NCBI RefSeq assembly: GCF_009914755.1
Contig: NC_060928.1
Source: the human T2T-CHM13v2.0 reference genome, Homo sapiens
Reading direction: 5' to 3' (one strand)
DNA length: 64,000 bases
Shown here: positions 35,301 through 50,039 of the stretch, in pieces
Numbering within the stretch: the stretch's first letter is position 1
How the letters are laid out: the number at the start of each line of letters is the position of its first letter
Translations under genes and position numbers: made by a program
The notes under the pieces: model-generated
What the model was told of the DNA's origin: nothing
Database searches by the model: none
Seen by the model: only the letters and a program-made list of their open reading frames with translations

Positions 35301-38300
35301 ACTGCACAATTATCTACACAAAAATATTTGTTATACAGAAGCAAATACTGAGAGGTAAATGTAAATGGGAGACAGGCATGACCAATTACACATTACCGGT
35401 GTGCTCTCATGTCTTAATAAAGTTGAGATATCAATTTGATTTTTAGCTTTTTTCCAAGAAGTGCTGCCCAACAAGATGCAGAATGATAAATGTTGACCTC
35501 TTAAAACCACTAAGGTATAAAGTGCAACAAAAATTGTTAATACAACTATGTGATTAAGTGTGTCTCTGTCAATGAATCACAGTGACAGGAGTATTCCAGA
35601 GTTTGCCTGCAGGAGTGAAAAATGAGGTCGTTAGTGAAAATCAAATGCAAATATCATCAGATTCTGGAACATTTCTCTTTACATATTAAAAAAAGATATC
35701 TCCAACTTACAGTGACGTACACACTTCAATTTAAAAATATATCTCTGTGGAATATAAAGTTTTTAAACAAAAATAGCCCAATATTTGGAATTCTGAAACT
35801 GATTTTGTTTAAACATTTGAAACATGCATGGTTATATCACAAAACAAGTGAAAACTATCCTAAAATTTAAAAATAATAGGTGTATTAATATTAAAATTTC
35901 CTGTTATGTATTTTCTATATATGTGGTTGATTTACTTCTAAGAGGCCAATAAAACTGAAATATTGCTGATTCTAAGGATGCCTCCATTTTTTAGAATGTT
36001 GACTTTTTATAAATGGAAAAGCTTTGGGTATTAAAAATATAATTTACATTTTAAAATATTTATCTAAGTTTTCTTTACATACAGACATACAAATCTTAAA
36101 AACAAAATAGGAAAAGTGTGTTGTTTGGTTTTAGAATATGCTTGGATTTCATCACTAGCGAAGTACAGAGAAAGGAAAATGTTGAACACATCTTATGGAT
36201 AAAAATATGCAATGAATCAAAACTAGAAAGGTGGCTGTAGAAAGTTTTTTAGTGGGCTTTATTCTCTAATCAATTGTGAGTCATAAAAGCTTACTGAGAA
36301 GAAAATTATGTGATTCATGTTTTGAAAAGTTAACTTTGGAGGAGGAGATGAGAAAGCTTTTAAATAATTCAGTCAAGGAGACTTGTTAAAAGACTGCTGT
36401 AATAATCCAGAAGAAAACAATTTACTTTTCTTTATAGTTCCTGCTTATAAATTTTTCTAGATAGTGATTCAATTACTCTTTAAAGTCATGTTACGCTTAT
36501 CCTGTTGCTTCTTTAGATGAATTCCTTAGCTAACTCATTGCCCCTGTTTTATTATGGTCAATATTAATTCATAGCCTGGTACCAAGCTCTCTACTGAAAG
36601 CCGTGATTTGTCAACCTGTAATTCCAGATTAAGTTTAATTTTCTTTAAAAATTATTGTGCTTTGATATAATTCTTACTCACTTACCCTGACTATCATGCT
36701 CCTGGTGCTTTCCCAATTGCCTGATAATTGAATATTTCAGTAAAAAGATTTACCTACAGTTACACAAAATTCATAAATACATAAGAATGATTTAGGGAAA
36801 TAATTTAGAAAAATATTTGTATAGAATTAGTCTAATTAATGAAACTCAAATCAATTTTCAAAAGGAAAAAGTGAAGAAAACCATCTCATTCATTCATATG
36901 CTAAGAAAGAAAGAAAGAGAAAGAAAGAAAAATAGAAGTGTAAGAAGCAATAAAAAGAAATGTAACAGATCAGAGGAACAAAAAGATAATGATATAATCA
37001 TTTGCTTCATGGAATTTAACAATTAGTGAGACAGAAAAATATGAAAATAGGTTACTTTTAAATTTAGTGACTATATCAATGGAAACTAATAGCCATAGGT
37101 AATTAATAGCAGTAATCAATAGAAAAAATTGGAAAGGAACTTAGCGAAGACTAAGGGATGAGAAAGTACATTATGGAAGATTTCTAAGGGTGGTAATGTG
37201 ATGAGTCGCATGCACTGAAAAGAAATTTATGTCATGTATTTTCCAGTCTGATTCTTTCTGATACTCAAAAAAATGCAGGCTTGATTTATTGATTTGGGTA
37301 GGAGGTTGCATCCTTTCTCTTAAACTATCATCATAGGACTTTTCCTATGATGGGGCACTAATCAGGGGCCATTTTTAACCTATTTATATCATGAGCATAC
37401 AGAGCATTGGCAAAGATTTAACAATGCTTCTTTCAAGTTTAAGTAAGCAGTTAGTATACTAAACTAAGTGGAGAATTTACCTAGCGAGGAATCTATCATT
37501 TAAATAATAATAATATATTGATTTTGTGACTTAAATTTTTTAGGGCACATTAAAATACTGTACCATTTTTGAGCTTCATTGCAGTCTTCTAAATTTTTTT
37601 TTCCTTTTTGTTTCACAGAGCTAAAACGATTTACCTACAGTTACACAAAATTCATAAATACATAAGAATTATTTAGGGAAATAATTTAGAAAAATCATTT
37701 TATCATTATTCTTCATCTATAAAATAGAGTAGATAGATAATTCCTCTCTAAGGATACTTCCAAGCCTAGAATACTATGATTAATATTTTAATATTTTCTT
37801 CACTTATATAATAATTCTAATATTACATTTACCTTATTAATTTGCTTAACAAACAGTTTTATTCATAGTTAATGAAATATCACTGTTTAATTTAGTTAAA
37901 ACGTGTTTACTTAAAGGAAGTAATGAAAACTTGTCTATAAAATTCCAGGTAAAAACCAATGTACTGTATACATTAAAGTGTGAGTATTGCTCCTATTTGG
38001 AACAGGATGCAAGCTTAAGATCATTAAATTCAGCGAGCATCTTCTATTTGCCAAGTATTTTTATACATTGTTTTGTTGCAACAGCCTTTTTTGGTAGATA
38101 GAACCTATCTAACTTCTGGTATGTAGAAACAGAACATTTAATTAATCAATAATTTACCCAAGATAGATTGGTTTATAAACAGCATAGTTTGAATTTAAAT
38201 ATCTCTTTATTACAAGCTCATAATTTGAGACACTATTATGACTTCTCAATTCCGTGTGTTCAATTAGTAAGATTTGTTACTTCAGCTTGTTTTAAATATT

Positions 38301-39779
38301 CTTAACATTAAATATTAAATTATTTCCTTCTAGATATAACACCTAATGCTTTTTAAATTCTATGTTGACCCAAAGACATATATTTTATTCTATTCATTTT
38401 TGAACTCACACTTTTACAGTAGAAGAGATATGACATGGAAATTGATTATATTAAAGCTTAAGAGACAAATTTAGATGTTTTAAATAAAAAAGACCATTTA
38501 CTATATACTTATAGAAATTTGAAGTCCATTAAAAAGTAAATAATAATTTAATTATATTCAGAAAGATGGTCTAACAATGTTACTACTTATATTTTCTGAT
38601 ATCCCTTATTTATAAAATACAGAAAAAGGTACATATGCACATGTACACATATATACTGACATACACAGCCCTAGTCTCATAATTGTGATAACATATTATG
38701 GCTCTGATAAAAATGTTCCATACTTCAATTAACTAAAATTATGTGACAAAGTCAAATTTAGACTAGTGTTACTTCTAATTTTGTGTTGTATTGAGTCATG
38801 TTTTAAGAAAATTGAAAAGCTTTTGCTCTTTTATTTATGTTTGACACTGGCAAAAGCCTCTTCTCAAATGTAATGAAAATGATAACCTAATAAAATTAAA
38901 CAGAAAATTGAACCCTTGGGTCTGACATTACTTACACTTATCTCCAGCATAGCTGGCATCTGACCAATTCAAGAATAAAAATGAAGGACTGAAGAATCCA
39001 CAACTGATATTTATGAGTATATTTAATAATTCCCTTCAAGAGCATATAAACTTAGGCATTAGACAAATTTGTGCTTTGTTTCTTGAATCTTGATTTTTAC
39101 AGGTTATGATCTTAATTATGATTTCCATGTGTGAATTTTGATGTTCATTGACTCTTCCTTGGTTTCAGAGGTTTCTGGGTCTCCTCAGTTCTCTAGTGCA
39201 AAATATATAACCTAGACCCTGATTTTTTTCTTGATTTGGAGATGGTGTTCTCACTCTGTATCTATAAAAACAGACCATTTTGACATGACCAGTTTTGTAC
39301 AAATATAAAGACAGTAAGGAGGACATTTTTATATAGGTATTTATATACAACATTTTAATTGCCTAATAATGTGTTCAGAAGAAATCCTTGACTGACTTCC
39401 AACCCATTTCTGAACTTTACCCCATGGACATTTTCTTATTTAAAAAGTATCAAGTTTGATAAATAAACATTCATGCCAGGTGAACAGTTCAACATATTGA
39501 GGTGTACCAAAATCAAAAAACTTTATGTAACCCTAAACAATTATTTTTAAAAGATGTATATTAGTTGATTTGTAAGGTTTGTAATGCTTTTCATATGGAA
39601 ATATCAAGGTAGAAAAGCAAGATGCAAAAAAGTATGTATCATAAGATTTTCTTTAAACACAAATTACAATATTCATATATGTATACTTGTGTATATGCAG
39701 AATGTACATCTTTATGTATACATAAATATATACATATTTTTAAAATGTGCTTTTTTCTATTAAAACATTTGGTGGCTTT

Positions 39780-40950
<1,171 letters not shown>

Positions 40951-41028
40951 TAACCATTAATAAAATAGAAAAGTACAATAAAATCCCCCAACTAATAACA
41001 GAATAAAAAGTGTATCTTTCTCTCTGTC

Positions 41029-41029
<1 letters not shown>

Positions 41030-41072
<43 letters not shown>
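41030..41072. repeat. (TG)~21 microsatellite
   Basis: Pure TG run. Confidence 0.97.
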
Positions 41073-41074
<2 letters not shown>

Positions 41075-41381
41075 TCATTGGGGGATTAAAAGATTGGTTC
41101 TAGGACCTTCTGTGGATACCAAAATTCATGGATGCCCAAGTCCCTGATATAAAATTGCATAATATTTGAATATAACCTATGCTCAACCTCCTGTATATGT
41201 TAAATCATCTCTAGATTACTTATAATGCAGAATATAATGTAAATGCTATGTAAATAGTTGTTATACTGCATTGTTTAGGGAATCATGACAAGAAAAACAG
41301 TCTGTACATATTCAGTTCGAATACAATTTTATTTTTCTGATCCACAGTTGGTTGAACCCACAAATGAGGAACTCAAGGCTA
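41073..41381 (+). mobile_element. MER2 (TcMar-Tigger)
   Basis: gattggttctaggacc...ggataccaaaat.catggatgc.caagtccctgatataaaat...atcatctctagattacttataat...gttggttgaa. Confidence 0.9.
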
Positions 41382-41441
41382 TATATGTATACAAATACGT
41401 ATGTGTATATATGTATACACACACGTGCACAGACACACACT

Positions 41442-41846
41442 TGCCTTAGTCCATTTGTGCTGCTACTACAAAATATCTGAGATTGGGTTATTTTTAAAGA
41501 ACAAAAATTTATTTCTCATAGTTTTGAAAGTCGAAGATCAAGGTGCCAGTAGTTTCAGTTATCTGGTAAGGGTCCATCCTCTGCTTCCAAAAAGGTGCCT
41601 TGAATACTGCATCCTCCACAGGGGAGAAATACTGTGTCTTCACAAGGCAGAAGGGGGAAAGGCAAAAGGGGCAAACTCCCTTCACTAAGTCTTCTTATAA
41701 GGGCATCTAATTTAATTCATTAGAGCAGAGCTCTGATGACTTGATCATTTCCCAAAGCTACAGTTCCCAAATTATTGCATTGGGGATTTTATTTCAACAT
41801 TTTTCAAATGAATTTTGGAGAGGAAAAAAACATTCAAACGATAACA
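41442..41846 (-). mobile_element. MaLR solo LTR (MSTC/MSTD-like)
   Basis: tgccttagtccatttgtgctgcta...aagatcaaggtgccag...tgaattttggag.ggaaa..acattcaaacgataaca. Confidence 0.85.
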
Positions 41847-41979
41847 ATATATAGACATAGATGCAAATATAGATATAGATGATATAGCTAGATATAGATA
41901 GATACACACACACATGTGTATGTAACTGTGACATATTAAGTGTTATCCAGAGAAACACACACACAAGCACATACACACA

Positions 41980-42027
41980 TATAGACTTCTATTTGTTCTG
42001 TGTCTCTAGAGAACCAGGACTATTGCA
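41980..42027 (+). mobile_element. MLT2-like LTR 3' terminus fragment
   Basis: ctatttgttctgtgtctctagagaaccaggactattgca resembles the MLT2 end cctattggttctgtttctctggagaaccctgactaataca. Confidence 0.55.
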
Positions 42028-42073
42028 TTGACCACACAGAAAATCTTGATATGATATAAATTTTAAATCAAAG

Positions 42074-42364
42074 TGTGGAAGGGATCCAGGGGGAGGTAAC
42101 TGAATCATGGGGGCCAGTCTTTCTCGTGCTATTCTCGTGATCGTTAATAAGTCTCATGAGATCCGATGGGTTTATCAGGTGTTTCTACTTTTGGTTCTCT
42201 CTCTTCTCTTGTCTGCCACCATGTGAGTCATGCTTTTCACCTTCCACCACGATTGTGAGGCCTCCCCAGCCATGTGGAACTGTAAGTCCAATAAACCTCC
42301 CTCTTTTGTAAATTGCCCAGTCTCTGGTGTGTCTTTGTCAGCAGCGTGAAAACAGACTAAGGCA
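42074..42364 (+). mobile_element. THE1A-like solo LTR lacking its first ~65-70 bp
   Basis: gggatccagggggaggtaactgaatcatgggggccagtctttc...gatgggtttatcagg...cagcagcgtgaaaacagactaa. 5-bp TSD caaag at 42069-42073 and 42365-42369. Confidence 0.9.
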
Positions 42365-43035
42365 CAAAGATTTTATTACCCAAATTTTTATAGAATTTTG
42401 ATAATTAGGAAAAGGTAACCAGAAAATCTTGATGGTTTGAGAATTATGAAACAAGGAAGATTAAAATCAAATATGAAATATCAAACTATACAAGAAGTAA
42501 TAAAATTGTTATTCTATATAAAATAATGACATAGTAAAATCTGTACTCAGAAGAAAAAATACACATTGCAATATAGTCATTAGTGAAGAAGAAAGAATAA
42601 AATAGTTTAACAACAGGTCACATTATTTAGAAAACTACAAAGTAACCAAGTGAGATTAGGCTAAAAATATTATAAAGATAAAAGCTAAAATAAATGAAAT
42701 GAATGAAGTAGCTATGCAAAGTATGCATACATTCAAACTCTGATTTCTGGAAAATACTAGTTAAAAATTGGTTTGCATTTCATCACATAATAGCTTCACC
42801 TTCTTTGTAAGAGTAATATATTTTACGGATGATTTTATCGTTGTCTCTTTTTTCACTTCTGTACTCCATATGTCAATATACTCTAGTAAGTTCTCTCTGA
42901 TTTTAGATTATATACAACAATCTATTGACCAATTTGAAGTTATCTACTCAACTTATAATAATCCTTTCTCTTTAAGAGAGTTGTTACTGCAAAAAACAAC
43001 TGGATCCATTCGGGTAATTACTATGCTCCACGTAA

Positions 43036-43036
<1 letters not shown>

Positions 43037-43083
<47 letters not shown>

Positions 43084-43120
43084 ATATCTATCTATATATC
43101 ATCTATCTATCTACATCTAT
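43037..43120. repeat. (TATC)n tetranucleotide STR, 11 perfect units plus degenerate tail
   Basis: Direct reading of 43037-43080 as (tatc)11. Confidence 0.97.
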
Positions 43121-43284
43121 ACATATATGCACACTAATGTATATATAATGGTTAACATATATGTATATGTATGTGCATGTATATATATGTGTGTGTGTAC
43201 ATATATTTGTAGGTGATTTTACTATTCTATGCTTTCTAGAATAGTATTAGAATAGTCTACTATTTTGCTATAGTATAAATCACA

Positions 43285-44104
43285 CAAATAAGCTCAGGGA
43301 GGTTCTTTAGGAGATGTTCCAGAAGAAGGCATTGTCATAGGAGATGATAGCTCAATGCGTGTTACTGCTTCTGAAGACCTTCCCTTGGGACAAGCCATGG
43401 AGGTAGAAGACAGTGATATTGATGAACCTGACTCTGTGTAGGTCTAGGCTAATGTGTGTGTGTTTTAGTTTTTAACAAAAAAGTTTAAAAACAAAAACAA
43501 ATTGAAAAATTTAAAAATGGAAAAAAATTTATAGAATAAGGATATAAAGAAAGAAATATTTTCATACATCTGTACAGTCTGATTGTGTTTTAAGCTAAGT
43601 GTTATTACAAAAGAGTCAAAAAGTTCAAAATGTTTAAGAGTTTAGAAAGTAAAAAAGTTACAGTCAGCTAACGTTAAAGTTAAATGTAGATTAAATGTGC
43701 AATGTTTATAAGGTCTATAATAGGGTACAATAATGTCCTAGACCCTCACATTCACTCACCACTCACTCACTGACTCACCAGAGAAACTTTCCATCCTGCA
43801 AGCTCCATTCGTGGTAAGTGACGTATACAGGTATACCATTATTTTTTCTTTTATATCATATTTTTACTCCACCTTTTCCATGTAACACAAACACCATTGT
43901 GTTATAACTGCCTACAGTATTTAGTACAATAACATTCTGTACAGGTTTTTAACCTAGAAACAATAGCTGTATTATAGCTTAGATGTGTAGTAGGCTATAC
44001 CATCTGGTTTGTGTAAGTACACTCTATGATGTTTTCACAAGGATGAAATTGCCTAAAGTTGCATTTCTCACAACCTATCCCCACTGTTAAGAAACACATG
44101 ATTG
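43285..44104 (+). mobile_element. Tigger3-like (Golem) DNA transposon 3' part
   Basis: ttccagaagaaggcattgt...gaagacagtgatattgatga...cacattcactcaccactcactcactgactcacc...catttctca..a.ctatcccc..tgttaag...cacatga.tgta. Confidence 0.88.
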
Positions 44105-44712
44105 TACTGCCATACCAGATATAGTAAACATTTTTGAAAATTAGAGAAATAGAGGTAACTAATTCAGTTACAGGGGTTAAAAAAGACTACTGAGCTGATG
44201 CTTGAACTGTGTGGTTGAACGTAAGTAGCATTTAATCAGTGCAAAATGTAGGAGAAAGTCACGCTAGACAGCAGAAACCTGTATAAAGGCCCAGAGGAAT
44301 GAGAGAGAAGGTCATTTTCAAGCATCTATAAATAATCAAAAGTGTAGAGAGAAGAGGGTGGCATAATGGAAAAAGGAATGTAAATAAGGCAACAAATTAT
44401 ACTCAACCTTTTGCTGTGTGTAATAGGAAGTCACAAATATTTAAATCTGGGTGTTATGATAAATTTTAAATTCAGCGGAACACTTTGGAAATACTTTGGA
44501 GGACAGGCAATGGGCAAGAAGCAAGTGGAAAGATAAGTGGAAGCTATTTGAAACTTCTGCTTGAAACGGGGTGAATAGTTCAGCTAAGCAGGGGGAAATG
44601 GTAATAGGAACAAGAGGGTGGATTTTGGAGTTCACCAGGAGCAGACCTCCACAAGCACAAGTTGGAGTCACTTTCAGAGACTCTCTTCACATCTGTCACA
44701 CAGGTAAAAAAA

Positions 44713-45175
44713 TGTGAAATGTGAAACATCTTAATGGTTCATTTTCAAGGCATGATAAATATAAATACTGGCAGTCAGCCTGCAGATGTAACAAACCTCA
44801 TGGCTCATGCACCTAGAAGGTTACAATAAGCAAACAGAATGTAGAGGAGGGGTCAGCCCATAAAAGGGAAGAAAGTTTTGTTTTTGGGAAATCAAAACTT
44901 AAGTGGGGAAGGAGATGGGGTATAACCTTATAAGGGAGATGGTGAAACTTAGGTGACATCTGGCAAGATTGTACCTCCGTAATACTCAACCAATGAGGAA
45001 CTGGGGGAAGGACTTCCATCTTAGGAGATAAATTACCTGCTGTAACTGCCCTGGGTGTGCCTGCCTACCAGACACTTGATCTTGCAAGACCACCATTAAA
45101 AGTCTCACTTCTCTTGTTCTTCGTGTCTCCAAGTCTATTCGTTGGGTTTGGACGGGTGAATGTGTCTTTCTCACA
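44713..45175 (+). mobile_element. MER66-like ERV1 solo LTR
   Basis: TG...CA termini; 3' end gatcttgcaagacc.ccattaaaagtctcactt...gggtttggacgggtga.tgtg..tttctcaca. Confidence 0.75.
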
Positions 45176-45664
45176 AAACCTATTCAAACTTTTATGTGAA
45201 GGCAAACTAGTTAATATGTGTCAGAGCACGTTAAAAAATTTAAAACTATAAATATCTTTGGTATTGATCTTATTAAAGTTACACCAATTAAAGTTAGAGT
45301 CATTAAAATGAATTATCATCTCTGCCTTTTATAGTACAAATAATATCCATCCTTTTGTTATCAAAGAATTGTAGTCAATTTATTTCAAACATTTTAGATA
45401 GAAGACAGTTGCCTTATACCAGAAATTGAACATTCTTTTTGATCACTCCAATTAGAGCTCCTTTCCATTATATTGGGAATGCACCACTGTGTACTCTGCT
45501 TCAACATTTCTCATTTCTGCCATCTTGCTTACATCTCCTTGCTTTCTCCACTTTCCTTTTGTATTTACTCAGCTCCTCTTTCCTTTCTTTCCCAAAGAAC
45601 ATGTTTTCAAAGAGATAACACAGACTATGAATAGGGATTAATACAATTCCTCAGAAATCAAAAT

Positions 45665-46160
45665 GTATTTATTCATTGTTTACTTCACACTTAGACAATA
45701 GGCGAGGCACTGTCTATGGTCCTAGTGATCAAATAGTGATGAGGCAAACTTGGCCTCTGTCCTCATTAAGCTTATAGTCTACTATGAAAGGTAGTCAATT
45801 AAATAAGTGATGACTTGCCTGAGTGTATGTGTGTACAAGTAGAGAGAGGGGGAGAATGAGGGGAAGAAAAGGAGATAAGAAAGAATTTGAGAGGTCTTTG
45901 AATTTCTATGGAATTATAGAATAGGAACCTAATATACAGCTAGTTGTGTCAACCTTCACAGAGGAAATTATGTTTAGAAGGAGATCTAGAATAAGAGAAA
46001 AATTTATTCAGGTACCAGTGAGAGTCAGGGGGATGAAAATTTCTCCAGGATAAGGAAATAACTTTCTTGAATATCTTCATGCAGAAGAGAAAATAACTGT
46101 TTCCAAGAATAAAGAAGTACAATTTGGCTGGAAAACAGAGTGAAGACAGAAATAGTGAGG
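45665..46160 (-). mobile_element. L2 3' end remnant
   Basis: tttattcatt...aggcactgt...cctctgtcctcat.aagcttatagtcta...cttcacagagga. Confidence 0.6.
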
Positions 46161-47569
46161 GTTTCGCTGCTGGATGTCAAAATTAGTATGGTGATACTAC
46201 ATGAAGAATACTGCCTGAAGAATAATATAGTGCTACCAAGATATGTTTTAAAGCAAAACTCCACCTTAAGAAAAAACATCTGAATCAGAATAATATTTTC
46301 AATTATTATCACATCTGCGAATCTAGGGAGTATTAAACTGATTGGAAGAGGAAGGAGAAAAATGGTGTTTTTATAGAATTAAGTAAATATTATTTGTATA
46401 AAAGAATATATTTGATTAGATAAAAAAGATAATGTACTGACTGAAAACTAAAATTTTAAATGCTTGCATAGTAAAAGGAACATACTGTACTTGAAAAATA
46501 AATGTATAATTGCAGCATAAGTGGATTATCTGCTCATATAGAGAGGGTCCCACTTTCAGAAATAAAGACAGAAAGAACAATTAATAGGCAGAAGCTGCAT
46601 CAGGGACTGCAAAGTAGAAGCACATCATTTCCACATGGCATGACCTCCATTATCTGCAGACCTGTTATTCACTCCCAGTCAGGAAGTTAACTGGTAGTGT
46701 TCAAAGAAGTTTACAATTATAAGTCCAAGTGGAAGAGTCACATTACATGTAAGTAAATTGCCCATCAGCTTACAATGGCAGAAACTCTTCAAGAAATGAT
46801 GCAAAGGGCAAAGGAAAAGTGACTAAAAGCCCACTGACCAACAATGTTATAAGACATAGTAACTATTTTAAGTTATAGCTCTTTGATGTTTTTCAAGTAC
46901 TCAAAAACTTATTAGAAAATCCACAAACCCCTTTGTTCAGAACTAAAGCCATCGGAATCACTAAAATCCTTTCTAGTGTAGGAGAAAATACTTAACCTAA
47001 TGACCAACTGAAATTTAAGTTTATGTGGACCTATCTATCTTAGTTACTTACTTATTTCTATCTATGCTCCTAATATGGCTATTTTTGTTTTACTCAAACT
47101 ACTGTTTGGTGTGAATCAATGTTAGGCAAGAACAGAATAATATTACATTATTAACAATGAAAATTAAATATAATAACAATATTAAGATGTATAAATTTAT
47201 GTTCCAATTAAGAAATATATATCTTACATTTATGTTTAAAGCACCCAACCAGATCTCAATAAAATTTCAATAGTTTTCCAGTTCTTTATTCATCCAGTAG
47301 TTCCTTCATTTGATATAAACTTATTTGGCAATCAAAATCCTAACATAAGAATAAAATAATTAAATGTATGCATCTACAATAAGATCTTTGTATGTTTTAC
47401 AGTTTTGCCCTGTTACTATAATTATATTCTATGATATTTAGGTTATATTTCTATGTTACTCTAGGTTTGTTCTTTCTTTCTTCTTCTATTTTTCTGTCTC
47501 TTTTTTTCTTTTTTCTATCCTTTCTTTCTTCTATATTCTTTTCGTTCAGCAATAACGTCTAAAAGAATG

Positions 47570-48100
47570 TAGCTATTTGCATTTTCAAACTATAGCCATG
47601 ACAGTATCTCCCATTCCATATTTTCATCTTAAAATGTAATCCTGACACTTCTACCATGGTGAGAGGGGTCCTATGTTCTCCCTGTTGTGTCTGAGCAGGC
47701 TGCTGACCATGGAGGAAGTAATTCCTAAAGCAAGCTAACAGAGAAAAAGTAATTCTCTGTCTTACTTTCTGGAACATTCACTTTTAGAGCTCTGAATCTA
47801 AGTACCTCAAGGAAGTCAAAACTGCACAGTTACGCATGAGGAGAGACCACATGAGAAAGCCCTGATAACTACATGGAATGATAAAAATATCCAGGCAGCC
47901 ACCATCTTCTCCAATTTTCTAGAGTTCCAGCTGTAGCAGCCATCTATCTGCAACCATTTGAGAGATCCTGAGCCAGAACTGCTCAGACAAGCTCTTTTTT
48001 ATTTCCTGACCATAGAAACCGTGACAGTTAATAAAATTATTGTTGGTTTGAACTATTAAAATTGGGATGATTCATTACACAGCAATAAAGAAGCAGAGAA
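47570..48100 (+). mobile_element. Old MaLR LTR (MLT1F-H-like)
   Basis: gagatcctgagccagaac...ttcctgac.catagaaaccgtga...tgttggtttgaact.ttaaa..tggg.tga...ttacacagcaata. Confidence 0.7.
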
Positions 48101-48277
48101 AACACTGAGTTGATGTCAGTGTTCATAGATGCTAAGGTCACAAGCATGAATGGTTTCTCTCAGTGTTTTTACAGCCTAGTTTGAAGAAAAAAATCAATAT
48201 ATATTAAAAAATGGCAATATAATGCAAAGAGTACAACAACAAAGTTAGCCCATCATGCTGTGGGATTCCCAAATAAT

Positions 48278-48709
48278 TGTAGGAGGAGGCAATGCGCCCT
48301 GAGGATCCCTGCACATTCTTGCTGCATATGCCAGGAATACATTTTCTGGGGTTGGGTTTATAGCCAACAATGATCTGGGATGAAGTAATAACTCCTCTCA
48401 AAATAAAAGCAGCTTTGCTTTTACTTCCCATAAAACATGCTAAGCTCAGCATTTTTCTCCTGTAATCCAGCCCATTACAGGTGCAGGCAATCATCTAGCC
48501 CAATCTGTGTTCCCCTACTGGGACTTAGGGGACCTAAGGATAATGGTGTCAACAACATGAGGACCATGCTGCTTTCTCTGCCATGAGTAATAAACTCCTT
48601 TGCCCCTGACTCAGTAGTGTCCTACCTTTGCCAGTACCCATGAGAGAGTGACAGTCTGGCCTGTTATTCATAAGTAGGTTAAAATGCCAGACCTTACAGA
48701 GTTCCTGTA
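48278..48709 (+). mobile_element. LTR40-like ERVL solo LTR
   Basis: ctgcacattcttgctg.atatgcca.gaat...catgctgctt.ctctgccatgagtaataaa.tcctttg.cc.tgac...aagtagg.taaaat..cagacc. Confidence 0.7.
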
Positions 48710-49639
48710 AAGGATGTCTCAACTTTCCTTGGAAAGTCATGGAACAATTCAGCAAATGATGGTTCAATTGAAAATCATGGTTCAATTCACAGTTGAATGT
48801 TACAGCTTTTCAGGTCTATGTGGAATAGCACACTCCATTTTCATGGTTACATAGGCTGCCTTTTGATTAATGAGAAATTAAAGCTAGCCAATATAAAATG
48901 TAATTTTATAAATGATATTTTATGATAATGGAAGATTATGATTGGAGTGATTGACAGTCTAAGGCAACACTTAGATTGACAAATATTTAAAGATTAATTT
49001 TTATCCTGTTTGATTGACAAATATTTAAAGATTAATTTTTATCCTGTTTGACCAAGAATTTCAAACAAATAGGTAAAAAAAAAATCAATTTTCCCTTATT
49101 GCTGATATTTTATATTTTAATTAATACAGCTGGATTTTATTTGTTGGCATTAGATTTCAGAGAGATTTCTCTTTTTTTCTTTACTTGCTTAAATTCTACC
49201 TTCCATTTCAAAAGTATATTCCCTAGTTTGCTTCAGTAGAATAGCATGTTCTCAATTAGTAATTGACATTTACCATCTGCTTTTAAAGAAATGTAGCTGT
49301 CTCTTGTGTGTTGTAATATGATTCATCAACTTAAACACAGACTGAGGCAAAATGGTTAAAGGAAATTTTATAAAGCAAATTATTGGCATCTCAAAACAGT
49401 ATAACAGTGTCTTGTTTTATAGCATGATTTTTTTTCTAAAATAGTTTAAATTCCTCACAATTAAGGTACTACATATAAATGCAATATTTGTTATCAATCA
49501 TGAGTCTTAATATTATTAATCACTGTGACACTATGTTTTATGCTTGAATTCTCAAGTATATGCTTATGAAATTTGATATATCATGTTTCTTAAACAAGTA
49601 TTATCGCATAACCACATGCAAGATGTTAATGTAAAAGTC

Positions 49640-49790
49640 TTAAAGCAAGAGGAGAACCATGAAATTTTATAGTACCAATCTCTCTTTTACAAATTAAAAA
49701 CAAGCGACAGTGACTGGTCTCTCCCAGTATCACACAGCAAGTTAAAGGAAGATCTACATTTAAAACATGTTTTCTGACTACAAACTGATA
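49640..49790 (-). mobile_element. MIR remnant
   Basis: tctcttttacaaat.aaaaacaagc.acag...cccag.atcacacagcaagtta. Confidence 0.6.
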
Positions 49791-50039
49791 TAATTTTAAA
49801 TGCTTTTTAAAGAGAAGTAGATATGATCTTCTTGCTCTTGCACATACCTTATACATTGGCCTCATATAATTATTTCTGATTATTTCATTTTTTTCAAAAT
49901 AATAGTTGCCTTGAGGGTGTGGGGGGAAATAATGTGAGAAGGAAGACAGAATAATGTTTTATTTTTTATAAAATATTTAACTGGAGCATATAAAGTAAGT
50001 TATTAACCACAATATTATGCCAGTGTATTTTTTATGTAA

